This document shows positions 38,495 through 52,542 of a DNA stretch of 64,000 nucleotides, in pieces. Below the pieces are notes generated by a model, which was not told the origin of the DNA, did not search any database, and worked only from the letters and a program-made list of their open reading frames with translations. The DNA is taken from the NCBI GenBank assembly GCA_034780895.1, contig JAUZTB010000062.1:5505012-5569011 (forward strand). The letters are read 5' to 3'. Position 1 is the first letter of the stretch. Each line of letters begins with the position of its first letter. The position numbers and the translations under genes were made by a program. Origin of the DNA: Rhynchobatus australiae. Taxonomy: Eukaryota.

Positions 38495-41400
38495 GTAAGT
38501 AATAGAACTTTTTTTTTGTCACTTTCTTCCCTTTCACGCCCATCTTGTCAAAGTTTCAAACTCTTATATGCAGTGAATTTCAAACATAGTTTTTGGATGT
38601 CCTATTATTTAAATTGGTATTGTTTTTTTTCCCAATGCAGCTGTTTAAACAGCATTTGAAAACAGATATTGACATCAATCTGGAATAGTTTGGTTGTACA
38701 CTTATTAAATTGTCCCATCAAAACATTTGAAGCTTGGCTATTAGCAAGGTTGAAATATTTCAGATTTGCCAACTGCTCTGATTTATGTTAAATGTTCCAG
38801 ACTTTTCACAGTTATGTTTTGTTACCAAACACTTGCTCTTTTATGTTCTGCCCTTTACACAGAATGTCTTGCTTTGAGGGGGAAAAAAAAGCATTTTTCT
38901 TTGATGATATTCCCATCTGATGGTTCAAAAAATACATTTAACATTTTCTTTCGTGGCAAGCACCTGAGGTGTCTGCAGTGGCTTTTTACTGTATAGCAGA
39001 ACTATTCAATCCATGATCTAATGGAAATTACCAGTAGCAAATAGGATAAATTTTCAGTGTCAAGACCCAGAAGCTGAAAAAAGTAACTTAGCAATTTGTA
39101 CCAAACAAAATTTCCCAGCTAGAGATGTGTCTGTCACATGAATTTGAAACTGGTGAAGAACAAGTGTTCATAACATTGAACATTAATGGACGTATAGTTT
39201 AGAATGGCTGCAGGTGGTTTCACTGATCAGAAAGAATGTTCTGTCAAATGCAGTCCAATCACTTAACAAGCGTCCTATTAATGGAGCAATTTACTTAACA
39301 GCCATTACTGTGGAATAGAAAATTCCTTGAACATTCTAATGGAAAAATACTGCTTTCTTGTTGAGCAAATTATGCTATTTATGCAGAATTCAGATTTCAT
39401 GATAGTATTGTATTAGATTTATCTTGAGGCATCCAAGCGAGTGAATGGCGTTTCTAACCATTTTAACTTCTGATTTTTGCAGACACAAAAAAATGTTGCA
39501 TGAACAGCACATGTTATCAAGAAGGGATTTCAGAAAGGGTTGGATCTGTTTTTCATTCTAGCAGGCAATATAGGTGTTGTGTGCAAGCTTTGGAATATTT
39601 CGAGGAAGGGGACTGCCTTTCTTGGCAGATTTGATCTGTGTATGAACTACCAATGAGGATAGCATGGACTGCTGATCATTTTCCAAACCCCAAAGCGCCT
39701 TATTCAGATTTTGTTTTGGAAATGAGGTGTGAAACATGTAAATGCAAAGGGTTACTATCTGTCTCAGGCATTTGAGTATTTTGTTTATATTGATCAGTGG
39801 ATGTCAGTTACAATTCAATGTAAATATAAAGTAATTAGTGTAGGAACAAAGAGCTCTAAAAGAAAGTTTGTTAAAAATAATCATGTATCTGTTCACCNNN
39901 NNNNNNNNNNNNNNNNNNNNNNNNNNNNNNNNNNNNNNNNNNNNNNNNNNNNNNNNNNNNNNNNNNNNNNNNNNNNNNNNNNNNNNNNNNNNNNNNNTGT
40001 TAAAAATAATCATGCATGCAGCAGTAGTAATCAGTAAAATGATCCAGGATTATTGGTGAAAACCATAAAACCGCTCTGTGATCAGCCCCAGTTTTGTTTA
40101 AGGACAAATAAAAATTGTATGGTATTAAGGTATGTAGTTAAAGAGACTGTATTGCTATTGGTTAAGGATTTACTCTGACCACCCATTTGAAATATTGTGC
40201 ACCATTCTATTAATAAAATTCTTGAACGATTATAGCTGTTGGAATAGTACAAGGTAGGCAGTGGAGGTGATTGTAGGAACAAAGAATTTTTCAGAAAAAT
40301 GGCAAAAGAAATTAGATTTATATTCTTTTGAATAAATTTCAGGGATCCAAGTAAAGTTGTTAAGATTATAGAGGGAATTGGGAAAATTGAACCTGACAAA
40401 TTGTTCATGGTGTCCAAATGCTAAAGGGCATACATTTAAAAAAAAAATGGGTTTGGGGAAAAGAAGGCAAGATGGATAAACTTTTCACTGTTGGAGAGGT
40501 TAGTTGGAAAAGACATTGAAGTGATCAGTATATGCAGGTTTGAGATAATTCCTAGGGATGAATTGGGCAGTCACCCATTTGCTGCTCAGTCATTTTGGAT
40601 TTCTATATTTGGCCATGCTTGCACAGAAATCCAAGACAAGCTGAAGGCCAGACTGACATGGAGCCCCTGCATGCTGGAGAGAGGCCAGAAGCAAATGACA
40701 TCCAGTCAGTCTGCATTATATCAGACCTGGCTTGCATATGGACAGTGAGCCCCATTTATCTTGGTTGTGGTTACCATCACTATGGATTATTTTATTTTGA
40801 TGTCTATTATTAGTATTTTAAGGAGCTTTTTGGTTTTTTTTCTGCAAATTTTATTTCTAGTAAATTTGGTCTTTTGGATAGTTTTTGTTAGATCCACAGC
40901 TGCCAGGGAAATTTAAAAAAAACATTGAAAAATTTCTATCGGCAATAAGTTGTCAAAGGCCATCAGTTTTCCAAGAATGGGGTCTTAATGGCAAATTGCT
41001 AGAAGCATCTTGAAACCTCTCAGTCTCACTGCACCTCTCAGATCTGGAAAATCGATTTTTACAACCCTCTGCATCCAGAAAAGATGTATGCAGGTGGGCA
41101 GTTGGCAGCACAGTCTGGCCCAATGTACAGAACACTTCTGTACCTTCACTATTTTAAAAATGTTATATAAATTCAAGTCCTTATTTCTCAAGGGAAAAAT
41201 AGAGTAGACAAAGTTAATTATTGGGATGGGGGAAACTTGATTGGTTCTGGTTATCTTGTGCACTTCCTTTGCTTATGAAACCAAAACATGTATTTAACCT
41301 TAAACACATTTGGTGCTGTTGTCTGGCTATTGAGAACATCTGATTATTGTTTAGAGTAGCTATGGGCAAAAGATCTGTATGGCTCTAAAATTATTTTAGT

Positions 41401-42373
41401 TGTTTAGTTTTTGGCCATGGCTAATAGACTTGGAAGCTGTTGTGTAGATTGAGGCACAGCACCTGCTCCACTTCAGCATTTTAACGTTGTTCAGGATGTC
41501 TTTTGTATCATAGGTGTGTGTGTTAGGGGTTTGGTTACATTAAGACACTACACTATTCTCGCCGGTATTTCAGGTTAATGTAATAAAATACAGAAAATTT
41601 GTAGACATTGCTGTTTCATCCAGTCAGTTGGAGTTAGGTTGGGACACAAAAATCGCAGTAAACAGTACTTTACAGAAAAATCAATTTAGTCAGAAAACAG
41701 AATCTTGATAAAGATAAAACAGAATTTGTGATGGGAGCTACAACAACATTTCCCAGTAAAAGATAATTTTTTCAAAAGAAATTGCAGTGGCGGGAGAATA
41801 GTTGTTTATAACTTGTATGCATAAAATCAAGCTTGGTTATCAGGAATTACCCATTCATCTCCAGTCTAACCAATTAACAATGCCACTATGTGCAGCCTGT
41901 AATACAATACGTTATTAGGTATTGTAAATATTAGTCATTGTTGCTTTTTACTTTATTACTTTGCATTGAAATCTGGCACAATGCATAATCAATGAAGAAT
42001 TTTCAATAAAAAAGCATTACATTGTTTTTTTTATATAATTAATTGCTATACTTTGTTTTAATTTCTTTATCGTGGGTACTGTGCTGAAGGAGAGACTCGA
42101 ACCAAGGATCGAATCTACACTATCAACATACAAGGTGAAGTAATTAGAGCACTGTCTGAAAGATGAATAACTCCACCTTATCCATTAACATTTCTCAGTC
42201 AAAAATGGCTTGAATTGTGTAGGTGACTGGAGAAGGAAGAGGGAAAATAATACTGGATAAGTAAAGTATCTTGAATGTTAGGAGGATTGAATTTTCTTAG
42301 GTGGGTACCTATTGCTTAGGTTTAAAAAAAGACTTTGCGAGGACTTCCTGGCCCAATGGGTAGCTGAGTTTTT

Positions 42374-43875
42374 AGTCATAGTTATACAGCGCGGGAAACA
42401 GGCCCTTCAGCCCAACTGGTCCTTGCTGAGCAAGATGCCCCATCCAGACTAGTCTCATTTGTCAGCATTTGGCCCACAACCTTTTAAACCTTCCCAATCC
42501 ATGTACCTGTCCAACTGTGTTTTTAAAAAGTTGTTATTGTACCTGCCTCAACCATTTCCTCTAGCAACTCTTTCCACATAGATACCACCCTTTGTTTTTT
42601 AAAAAAAGTTGACCTTCAAGTTCCTATCAAATCTTTCCCCTCTTCCCTTAAACCTATGCCCTCTAGTTCTTGATTCCCCAACAATGGGAAAAAGACAGTG
42701 CATTCACCCTACCTATGCCCCTCGTGATTTTATACACTTCTATAAGAACACCTCTGTCTCCTCTAATTTGAGGATTAAAGTCCTACCCTGTTCGACCTCT
42801 CTCTATAAACTCAGCCCCTCAAGTCCCAGCAACATCCTTGTAAATCTTTTCTGCAGACAAGAGATTCTGTAGATGCTGGAATCTGGAGCAATACACACAA
42901 AATGCTGGAGGAACTCAGCAGGTCAGGCAGCATCTATGGAGGGATATAAACATTCGATGTTTCCAGTTTAATAACATCTTTCCCATAGGGCAACCAAAAT
43001 TGAACACAATACTCCAAGTGTGGTTTCACCAGCATCCTGTACAACCACACCATGACCTCCCAACTTATATACTCAGTGCCCTGACTTATGAAGGCCAGTG
43101 TGCCAAAAGCCACCTTCACCACTCTACCTACCAATACCTATGACTCCAATTTCAGTAAATCATGTACTCCAAGGTCCCTCTGTTTTACAGCACTCTCCAG
43201 AGCCCTACAGGACTGTAAGTCCAACCTGGATTTGACTTTCAAAAATGCAACACCTTGCACTTATCTAAATTAAACTCCGTCTGCCATTCCTCAGCCCATG
43301 TACTCAGCTGATTAAGATCCCCCTTCTTCACTGTTCACTATACCACCTATTTTGTTGTCATCTGCAAACTTACTAATCGTGCCCTTTGCATTCTTATCCA
43401 AGTCATTGATATAGATGACAAACAACGATTGGCCCAGCACCTAGTCACAGGCCTCCAGTCCGAGAAACAACCTTCCACCATCACACTCTGCTTTCTACCA
43501 TCAAGCCAATTGTTTCCAATTAGTCAGCTCTCCCTGGATTCCATGCGATCTAACCTTCCAGAGCAGCCTGCCATGTGGAACCTTATCAAAGACCTTACTG
43601 GTCCATGTAAACCACATCTACCACCCTATCCTCATCAACTTTCTTAGTCACATCATCAAAAAAACTCAATCAAGTTTGTAAAACATATCTCCCACACACA
43701 AAGCCATGCTGACGACCCCTAATCAACCCCCATCTTTCCAGATGTACATACTGTATATCTTATCTCTCAGAATCCTCTCCAATAACTTACCTACCACAGA
43801 TGTTAGACTTGCTGGTCTATAGTTCCCAGGTTTTTCTTTGCTGCCCTTCTGAAATAAAGGCACAACATTTGCCAG
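42374..43875 (-). mobile_element. CR1 LINE, about 1.5 kb, 5'-truncated
   Basis: Minus ORF 42934-43134 AFGTLAFISQGTEY.SWEVM..LYRMLVKPHLEYCVQFW.PY.KDVIKLE; GNYRPASLTSVVGKLLE motif near 43780-43830; tail AGTCATAGTTATACAGC. Confidence 0.9.
42856..42964 (-). mobile_element. Penelope-like pseudo-LTR tail nested in CR1
   Basis: GACAAGAGATTCTGTAGATGCTGGAATCTGGAGC...GGTCAGGCAGCATCTATGG...TCGATGTTTC interrupts CR1 between TTTTCTGCA and TTTCCAGTTTAATAAC. Confidence 0.8.
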
Positions 43876-44639
43876 TCTACCAGCAGGTTGTTATATAAAT
43901 GTTGTTTGTGGTTAATTTTCTATAAATCATACTATTTGTGTAATTTTTACAATCTTTTGTGCTGAATTTAGCTCATGTTTGATATTATTGGACAGCTGGT
44001 AAGTTATGTGGGCATGAAATAGGTTACTGCTGTACCAGGCATTCTATCATGGATGGACTCAAAATAAATGAGGCTTTCACTGATATATTTTAACAAGTAA
44101 TTGCCTTGAAATGGAAGATTAAGTGAAGACCGGCAGGCTGTAATTGAGCCTGCTGTCTGCGGGTGATGTGAAGAGTAGCACTATTTTGGGAAAGGCTCAA
44201 AAGTATCAATCTTCACTCCTTACAAACTGTACCAACTGAGGTTATAACATGGTATAACCTCAGATGGTAAGATTGGTGAAATATTTTTGCATTAATTATT
44301 GTAGCCCTCCTTCATTTTGCACAAAGTAAGCAGTGAATTATACCCATAAGTTGTCTGCTGTGGACAGTCACACTTCAGCATTCTGTTTGCTTGAGGATTG
44401 TGCTGTTCAGCATTCTTATAATTTGACCACTCCATTTACAACTTCTCTTCAGGACTGTAAAATTCAGTGGTTGTTGTCTGAAATGCACTTCCATTTGTTA
44501 AACCATTTAATATTTTTTTTAAAAGAATGTGTGATTCTAAAAGCAGCCCATGCTTTGATTCTTGACCTGGGTTGTCCATGGGACTGTCAAAGTGCAAAGT
44601 AAATTTGATTATTGCTATATAGAACTCAGAAGGCATCAC

Positions 44640-45320
44640 TCTTGTGCAGTGCATTTGCTGTTCACAATGTAGCCTCCTCCAAACTGGAGAAACCAAACGC
44701 AGGTTGGGTGATCGCTCTGCATTCAATCCACAGGAGTNNNNNNNNNNNNNNNNNNNNNNNNNNNNNNNNNNNNNNNNNNNNNNNNNNNNNNNNNNNNNNN
44801 ACCTCTCTGCCTGCAGCCTTCTGCACTGATACAACACCACCCAACATAAGCTTGAGGAACAAAGCCTCATTTTTCATCTTGGCATGTTGTATCCTGATGG
44901 ACTCAACATTGAATTCTCTAATTTCAGATAACCTGCTTTTTCTGTTTGTATTAGGATTGGCCACTTGTGCTTGCCATTCCTCTCGTCCTTTCTGTTTTTC
45001 TTGCATTTATATATTCTGGCCTGCTGGCCACATCAGGGCTCACAATATTAGCAGCACATTACACAGACAAGTGAACTCGATTGTCCATTTAGCGGCTACA
45101 TCATTTCACCCTATTACAGATGTTCCCCTTGTGCTCCCCCATCTTCTCTGCTACTTAGACTAATTAACTTGCTTCCTGTCTTTCTCAGTTCAGATGAAGG
45201 ATCCTCAATCTAAAATGTTAACCTTTTTTCTCTTTCCACAGGTGCTGTATGACCTGTTGAGATTTTCCAGCATTTTCCATTTTTATTTCAGATTTCCAGC
45301 ATCAGCCGTTTTTGATTTTT
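44640..45320 (+). mobile_element. Penelope-like element 3' part (GIY-YIG endonuclease remnant plus pseudo-LTR)
   Basis: ORF 44644 QCICCSQCSLLQTGETKRRLGDR resembles PLE GIY-YIG YCIxCxxCxLLYIGETKRRLGDR; pLTR with CAGATGA core at 45191. Confidence 0.8.
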
Positions 45321-48300
45321 TCACAAAATATCATCCACTGAGTGATGTTATTTATATTATCTTGAAAACATTGAGGGAAGTGACATTATTCAAGTTCATT
45401 ATGCCAGTTTACCTTTCTCAGATTGAATTGTATGAGTTTTGCTTCTGCTTTTAGATCCCTGATGAATGAATCTGTCCACTAGCATACTTCAGTGACTGAG
45501 TATGTTTTTTAAAAAAAACTTCATGCATTTGTGAGGTTGCTCAAGATTCACTGTCTTCTGTTTTCTCTTTCAGTAGCAAACAGTTTTAATTGGCATGACG
45601 GACCCTGTTCCTTTCTTAGGGCTCAGAACCAGCAGTGTGAAATGCCCTTAAAATCACAGAGGCTCTTTCAACATCAGAAGATTTAACAAAACGACAAAAG
45701 AAATGCACTTCAGACACTGCCTTTGATTATTCTAGTCTAAACACAATTGGATTTGCATTGGTCAAATTCTGTAAATAACATAATGATTCCTGAGCAAAAT
45801 TGCAAAAAAGGATCAAAAGGCAAAGAGCTTAAATTCAAATAAAAGAACTGTGTAACACAGGCAGGTTCTCTAATGAAGTTCCTATGCTGTCTAGACCAGC
45901 AATGAAATGAAATTGGAGAATTGTATACTGTGAATGTTTTGAAAAGGATTTTTTCCAATAGCTGCAGCTGACATTTGGGAGGGCAAATACTGTAAAAGGC
46001 TACAATCACAACATGTACATACATTGCCATTAACAGAAAGTAAGACTTTTTTTTAAATGTTTGATCTAAATGTGTGTGGTCAAATACTTAAATATATATT
46101 TTCAAAAAATTCTTCCTTCCCTCTGGCTCCACACTCTTTAACCCACACAAAACCCGCAATTTACTCTTCAGCAATTGGGAGAATATGTAGGTATGCTGTT
46201 CTTGAGATGCCGTGAATACGGCTATGTATCTAGCAGTTGGCAGGTGTGGAGCAACGTTCTGTGGTAACTTGGAATCTGATTTGAAATATGCTTTTTTTCC
46301 TCCTCCCAGAAGAGCCTGTCTAGATCATCAACAGAGTTGTGTGCCCAATTCTACCAAGTATATTTTCTTCTGTCTTCTAACATCATAAGTTGGTCTGTTT
46401 TATTATGTTAGTGCTTGTGTGTGTGTGTGTGTATGTCTATGATTCAACTGAATTGGTTTTCAGTCAGTCAGTGAAATAACCTAAGCAACAGATGTTAAAA
46501 GATAGAATGAAGGTTACGGGTTCAAGGAATATTGTTCATAGTAAGAAAAATTTAGTGACCTAGAAATGCAGACAGTTTTTGGTAAATACCCAGACACCAC
46601 AGAGGCTGAGGGATGCTACTTTTTATATGCTGCTGTTAGTAGAAGCATGTAATAAACATCATTTCGAGAAACCACTATCCTATCTTGACGACTGTCTGCT
46701 TATCCCAACTTTATTTTCACTTGTCTGGGATGACCTCTTAACTGGATAGAGTCCAAAGTTGGTGTAATCTGGGTGGAAACCACATGCAGCAAATGTTTAA
46801 ATGTATTTATTCAAGGTCTAAAACCATAAATAGTATTGACTTCAAAAGGACTTTTTACTCCATTCAATTTGGGTTTTCCATTTCTCTTTTCCAAGGAATG
46901 AGCATCATTTTTCAGTAAAGACAGCAGACAAATAACCTGCCCCCAAGCATCTACTGTAATTTACTGACTGCTGTCAGACACATTGATGGGGCTTGTGTTG
47001 ACTTGCCCTCCAGTTTTCCCTCACACCCTTCCTGCAAAACATATGACCTGCATTCAGTGCAGATTTTTGACAACCTGGATCTGGAGTTTGTTCTGCCAGG
47101 AACTGTTGGCACTTTGTATATTTCTTTGCCTCCTTTCCTTGTTAATGAAACAGTTTTTTTTACTGAAACATACTTTTGATTCCGTGCAAATGAATATTGA
47201 GAGCCTGGACTGTCTGTTTGTGCCATTTTCTAATCCAGAAATTTGATCTCTGTGCATGCATAGTTAAATGCACTCAGCTTCCTTCAGCAGCTTCCAAATG
47301 TCAGTGAAATGTTTTAAGTTCTTAATAATGGAAAAGAGCAAATCATTCTGTCAGGCCTTTTCTAACTTTGTAAAGAATCCAGACAGTCTGCTGACCTGCC
47401 TTCAACTAAAGTTTTTGAGTTTTACTTCACAGTTCTACAACGACTAGTTCAAAATCAAAGTAGTACCCTTGATCAATTAGGAAAGGGCATATTATGACAC
47501 ATTTAAAAGCTCATTGGCGAAATCTTTCTAAGTGGCCACTTAAGAGAACAACTTTATATTCATTCAAACATGCTAAGGCATTAAATTTTCATGTTTGTGG
47601 TTTTTTTTAGTTTTTAAATTGTCCAACATTGGAACTGGTTTTACCTCTACACCAAATGTAGTGTTTTCCATGACAGTTCATCTCCTAATTTGTGAGGCTC
47701 GACTTAGCTGTTAATTTAAATCATTCCTTCTGCAGCTACTATTATGTGTTGAATGGGTTATAAAATTATAAGCATTACTAGCTGTTTATTGTTTGGTATC
47801 ACTGTCATTTTCTCATGTTAATATCTTTGTCCTTTTCCCTTTTCTCTTTCATTGTGTGATCTTCAAAATTAAGTCATGAATGTAATTTAATAATCTTTGA
47901 AAATAATGTTAAACTTAAAATCAGCTTTGCCCTTGTTGGATTGATATTGTGGCAAAATGAGGTCAGAAGAGCCAATGGGCCTCCTAAATGTGGGAATTTT
48001 GGTGTTTCATCTGTGGTAATCCAGTAATAACTGCACTGAGCTAGAATTGCTGTAAAGAGATAAATCTAACTTGTTTGAAGAGTCATCTGCAGACTTTGCC
48101 CTTGGTGATTGAATTTCTGATGATATTGGCAGTTTTTAAGAGGAAATGGTGTTCTGGCATGCTAGACTTGGAAAAACCAAGCCAAATATTTTTGTGGTTG
48201 TAGGTTCTATAAGACTATTATTTAAATGCTTTCCAAGATAAATTCGATATCTCTTTTAAGGTGGCTTTCTCCATTCTGTAATAGGGGATAGTGACCCAAA

Positions 48301-51300
48301 TTCATAGCAAGCTTGTTATTTTCAGATTGCACTGTACAGTATTCCTCTTACCTTTTAACTAGTTACTTTTTTTATATGTTGTACAGTGCCAAAAGGTCTA
48401 TTGAAATGTGTTTTTAAATGTCTTCGAAAAGAAACTTATGAACCAAAGGAAGTTGCCCATGTGATATTGTAATGAAGTGGCGATTCTGCATTTGAACTTC
48501 TGGCGAATGTGTTTTCATCCTCAACTATTCTCCAACTTGCCTGCACTCCTGTTCCCATGTTAATTTTTTTTTTGTTTGTTGGGCAACTAATACCCTAGAC
48601 TTATTTTTTCCCAGAGCAAGTTTACATAGGGCTGGTGGTTGACTTCATGTTTCCATCATCTTGGACTGTTTCCTCCATTGAAGTCTTATTCCTACTGCCA
48701 TCAGATTCGATCATCTTCTGCAATCAGATCCAGTTTGATTTTCGAAAACATTCACACTCTGTTCAGTTGTGAATAATAGCCTCATTGCTAGATTGCATAA
48801 TGTGGGTGATCCATCACATTGGAAAATGAGTTGTGTCATACAATGGAGGGCTGGAAGTTGTTGGCTGCCAGGATCCATAGTGAGGTCAGGTTCATCCTCT
48901 TGAGAAGAGGCTAGTTCTGCATGAAAGCTGCTGTATTCATCTTAACAGCCATTGCTGGACAGCTTTGACAGAAACTGGGAACTGTTTGTCTTCCACTTTC
49001 AGTCAGGATGTATTTGAAGTTAATTAAATTTGAAGGACTTTCAGCGAAAGAAAAGAATATAAAATAATTTGCCCAGAAGTCTGTGGTATATTCTCACTTT
49101 GTAGGAACACTTTTAATATAATTATGCAATGCTTAAATATTCTACGAAGCACACTTCTTTGATGGTGACAGACATCACAAGAAGTGATTTAAGAATCAGT
49201 TTTATCTAAATTAATTTTGTTAAGCATCCAATAAATAGCAAGTCAAAAAGGGACTGATTTGGGAACAGAGACCCCAGTTCATTAATTTAGTGAGTTTTGC
49301 TGTGAATAATCCCAATAGGTTTGAATGTTTTAAAATCTTCTGTCTGTTGGGCATTTTTATGCCCTTCAGTACAAATTGTGTGGGCTTTACTGAAATGAAA
49401 CTGCGGGAAATAAAAGCCATGTCATCCCAGATTGTATGATGAGCACTCATTTATTTCTAACCTTTAAAATGTGATGTCACTAACTTTTATGATTTATGCA
49501 ATTGGTATAATGTTTAATTTGTGCAATTTTTTATGGATTCTCATTAAAAAATCTGTTTAGTTTGATTAATGTAATTCCTGCGCAGACTTGCCTCTTATTC
49601 TGAAAAAAGCGCTGGCTAACTTTTATTTACATCAAGGTTTTGCAGTAGTTATTAGAGGAGTTGCTGTTTGGAAATGCAATCTGTTGTGTTCAGTATTTTT
49701 CATTGACATATTGATTACATTGGGCTCTGTTTTGTGATGTTGAGGCAAAATAGAAAATTGAAGCCCAAATGCAAGGAATCTGCTGTTCGTATTAGCGTTA
49801 TGGGAGTTTCAAGCCTTAACTCAATAGATTTGTGGACTTGTATTTCATTGAAGCATATAAATTGTTGGATGAAGAAAAGCCTTGGCCCATCTTAATCATG
49901 TTCCACTCTCTTAGTAGTTGCATCATTAAACAAGAGTTGTGGCTAAAATAATCAATCTGTGAGTCAACATATCATATCATTTATCATTTACTTTACATCC
50001 CAAGTATATTTTTCCAAAAAATGATCTTATTTGCAAGATTAATAAGTACTAACTACTGTCATTACCTCTGGTGGGAAGCTGTTCTGTAGATTGAGCACTT
50101 GCTCTGTGAAATTGTTTCTGCAGACTAATTTAGAAATTAGCTTCTGCACTTCAGAAATGGTCATGGTCGACATTATTTAGCACCTTTTGGAAACCTGTTT
50201 ATACTGTGTTGACCAGAAACCATACGCACAATTCTAAGTGATTTATAAAGGGGCAGGGGTACCTCAGTATTTTGGCTAAATATAGTATTTTAATACATCC
50301 CAAAATCTCATTTGCCTCATTCTTGGAAGTTAGGTCAACGATAAATTGGATCTCTTTCAAATCCTTACCATTTAACTAGCAGTTCCTTCCTGCATTTTTT
50401 TTGTCCCATGTAAAGTACTTTGCATTCTCTAAATTGAACTTCATGGTTTATCTTGCTGCCTAATTACCAGGTGTATACAAAGCCTCCTGTGGCTTATTCT
50501 GTTCAGCTGTATCGTTTGAAGCTTTCGTTAGCTTTGATGTTTATAATTCTACTCAAGTTGTGATTATGCTGAGAATTATCTCCAACAGAATGAGAATAGC
50601 TCTAAAACTTATAAATGGTAATTTATTTTCCTGAATATTGAAATGTCAGCTGTATTAAAAGACTCAAATATTGAACCATAAATAAAAAGGGATTTNNNNN
50701 NNNNNNNNNNNNNNNNNNNNNNNNNNNNNNNNNNNNNNNNNNNNNNNNNNNNNNNNNNNNNNNNNNNNNNNNNNNNNNNNNNNNNNNNNNNNNNNGCTGT
50801 ATTAAAAGACTCAAATATTCAACCATAAATAAAAAGGTATTTAAATTAAGAGTACAAAGATCCTAACGACTGTATCGTGAAAGTGTATTCTTATGTATCC
50901 TAATTAGTTGTCATTCTGATGTAATGCTGCTTTATTCTGCTAAAACATACATATTATCCTGTGTGCTGAAAAGACATACTTTTTTAATAAGCACTGTCAG
51001 AAGTCTAAGTATATATCCGACCTTACTTAAAAAGGAGTTAGCACTATTAAATTTTCTTTGCTTTATTCCAAGACAATGTGCGATTAAACAATTTTGATTG
51101 ATCGTTTCTATCTGATACCACTCAGAGAGATACAGCACAAATCCAGGCCCCTCAGCCCGCCAAGTCCTTGCTGGCCATCAATCACCTATTTACACTATTC
51201 CTACTTAAACTGCTTTTTAAAAATTTTCTATGCATTACCATTTAAGAAAGAGGAACAGGAAACTTTTCCCTAACCAATCCAATTCCTTCCCTGTTTTATC

Positions 51301-52481
51301 TGAGTTCTAGGTGCCATATGAATAGTCCATTCACTGTTCTCAACTTCTGGGGTCAATGTGTGCTTAGATCTCAGGATGGTTTTATTAGTTGGCTCCACAG
51401 TGGTGTCTGCCATGCAAGTAATGAATAAGATGAGACTTCCTGTTGACATTTGTTGAAGGGAGGGCGTGGAGCAAGAATGAAGCCCTTTTATTTGTATTGG
51501 AGTCTCCAGTCCCATGCAAGCTTCCTCTTTCACGTCATGCACACACAAGCAGGAACAGTACTCAGACTTGGCAGATGTAATTCATCAAAAGGAACACTGA
51601 TCTTTGCCCTGGGATGTCTCGATATCAGTGACACAGAGTCCATAATAACCTCAATTTGTTAGTGCTTAAGACACAGATGGCTGAAGCAATTCAAGTTGTT
51701 ACTTCATTGACGCGACTTTAGTTTGCCATGTTGAACTGCAAATAAGACCATGTTCTAGATATATATTCAGCAGTTTTAAAATGTCTTTTCCACTTATTTT
51801 ATATTCCATTTTCTTTCTGAAACCATGTGAATGATTTATTTTCAATTCAAAAAGCAAGTAGTTTCTAAATGCATTTCCCAAGCTTCAAAGAGTTAGTATT
51901 CAAACTACTTGTGTTAGAGTGAGTTAACTATCATATTTACAGATACAAGTGATTTGTGCATGTTTTAGAAATTAGATTGCAAGAGTGAAGTGTCCTGTTT
52001 TTTCTTCCTCAAATTCTTTTCCAGGCTTTTTGGGCTCAAATAAATTTAGGTAGTTTTTTTATTACTTTTTACTAATACTAATCAAGTCTGTTCATAGCTC
52101 ATGAAAATTGAAACATCATAATGACACATTAGTGATAATCTGCTGAGATTTGCATTCATGTTTGTAGTTGGAACAGACTAGCATTGCTTTCCCCTAGTAG
52201 AATACCTGATATTGAAATGGCTGATGTGGATATCAGTGGTGGCACTGAGGAAGTGGCAAGTGTTTCAGTTGTATATTCTCACGTTGCTTCATTTTGATGC
52301 TTCAAGAAAGATTTCTTTTAAAGAGAAACTTGTATACACATTATGGTCTCTGTACGAAATGGCCATTCAATCAAAGATAATAGAGGTCTCATCCAGTGTC
52401 TCTGCTGAGTTGGCCAGTTTCTGGAAGTGAAAAAGGCCTGAATTTGAACAAAGAGACATTGAACTCGGCAGCTCTGTTACC

Positions 52482-52542
52482 CATCCCTCCCCCACCCCCT
52501 CCCCCTCCCCCTCACCCACACACACACACACACACACACACA
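52482..52542. repeat. C-rich tract plus (CA)n microsatellite
   Basis: CCCTCCCCCACCCCCTCCCCCTCCCCCTCACC followed by about 12-13 CA units. Confidence 0.9.

Noticed and set aside
42070-42140. Exon-like CpG-containing segment ending CAAG|GTGAAG
   Set aside because: No AG acceptor directly after the pyrimidine tract, weak donor and no recognisable peptide.
20781-50835. Direct repeats flanking 100-N gaps (20781/20895, 24448/24573, about 39869/39998, about 50649/50796)
   Set aside because: Identical sequence on both sides of fixed-size gaps indicates unmerged overlapping contig ends, not TSDs or real duplications.
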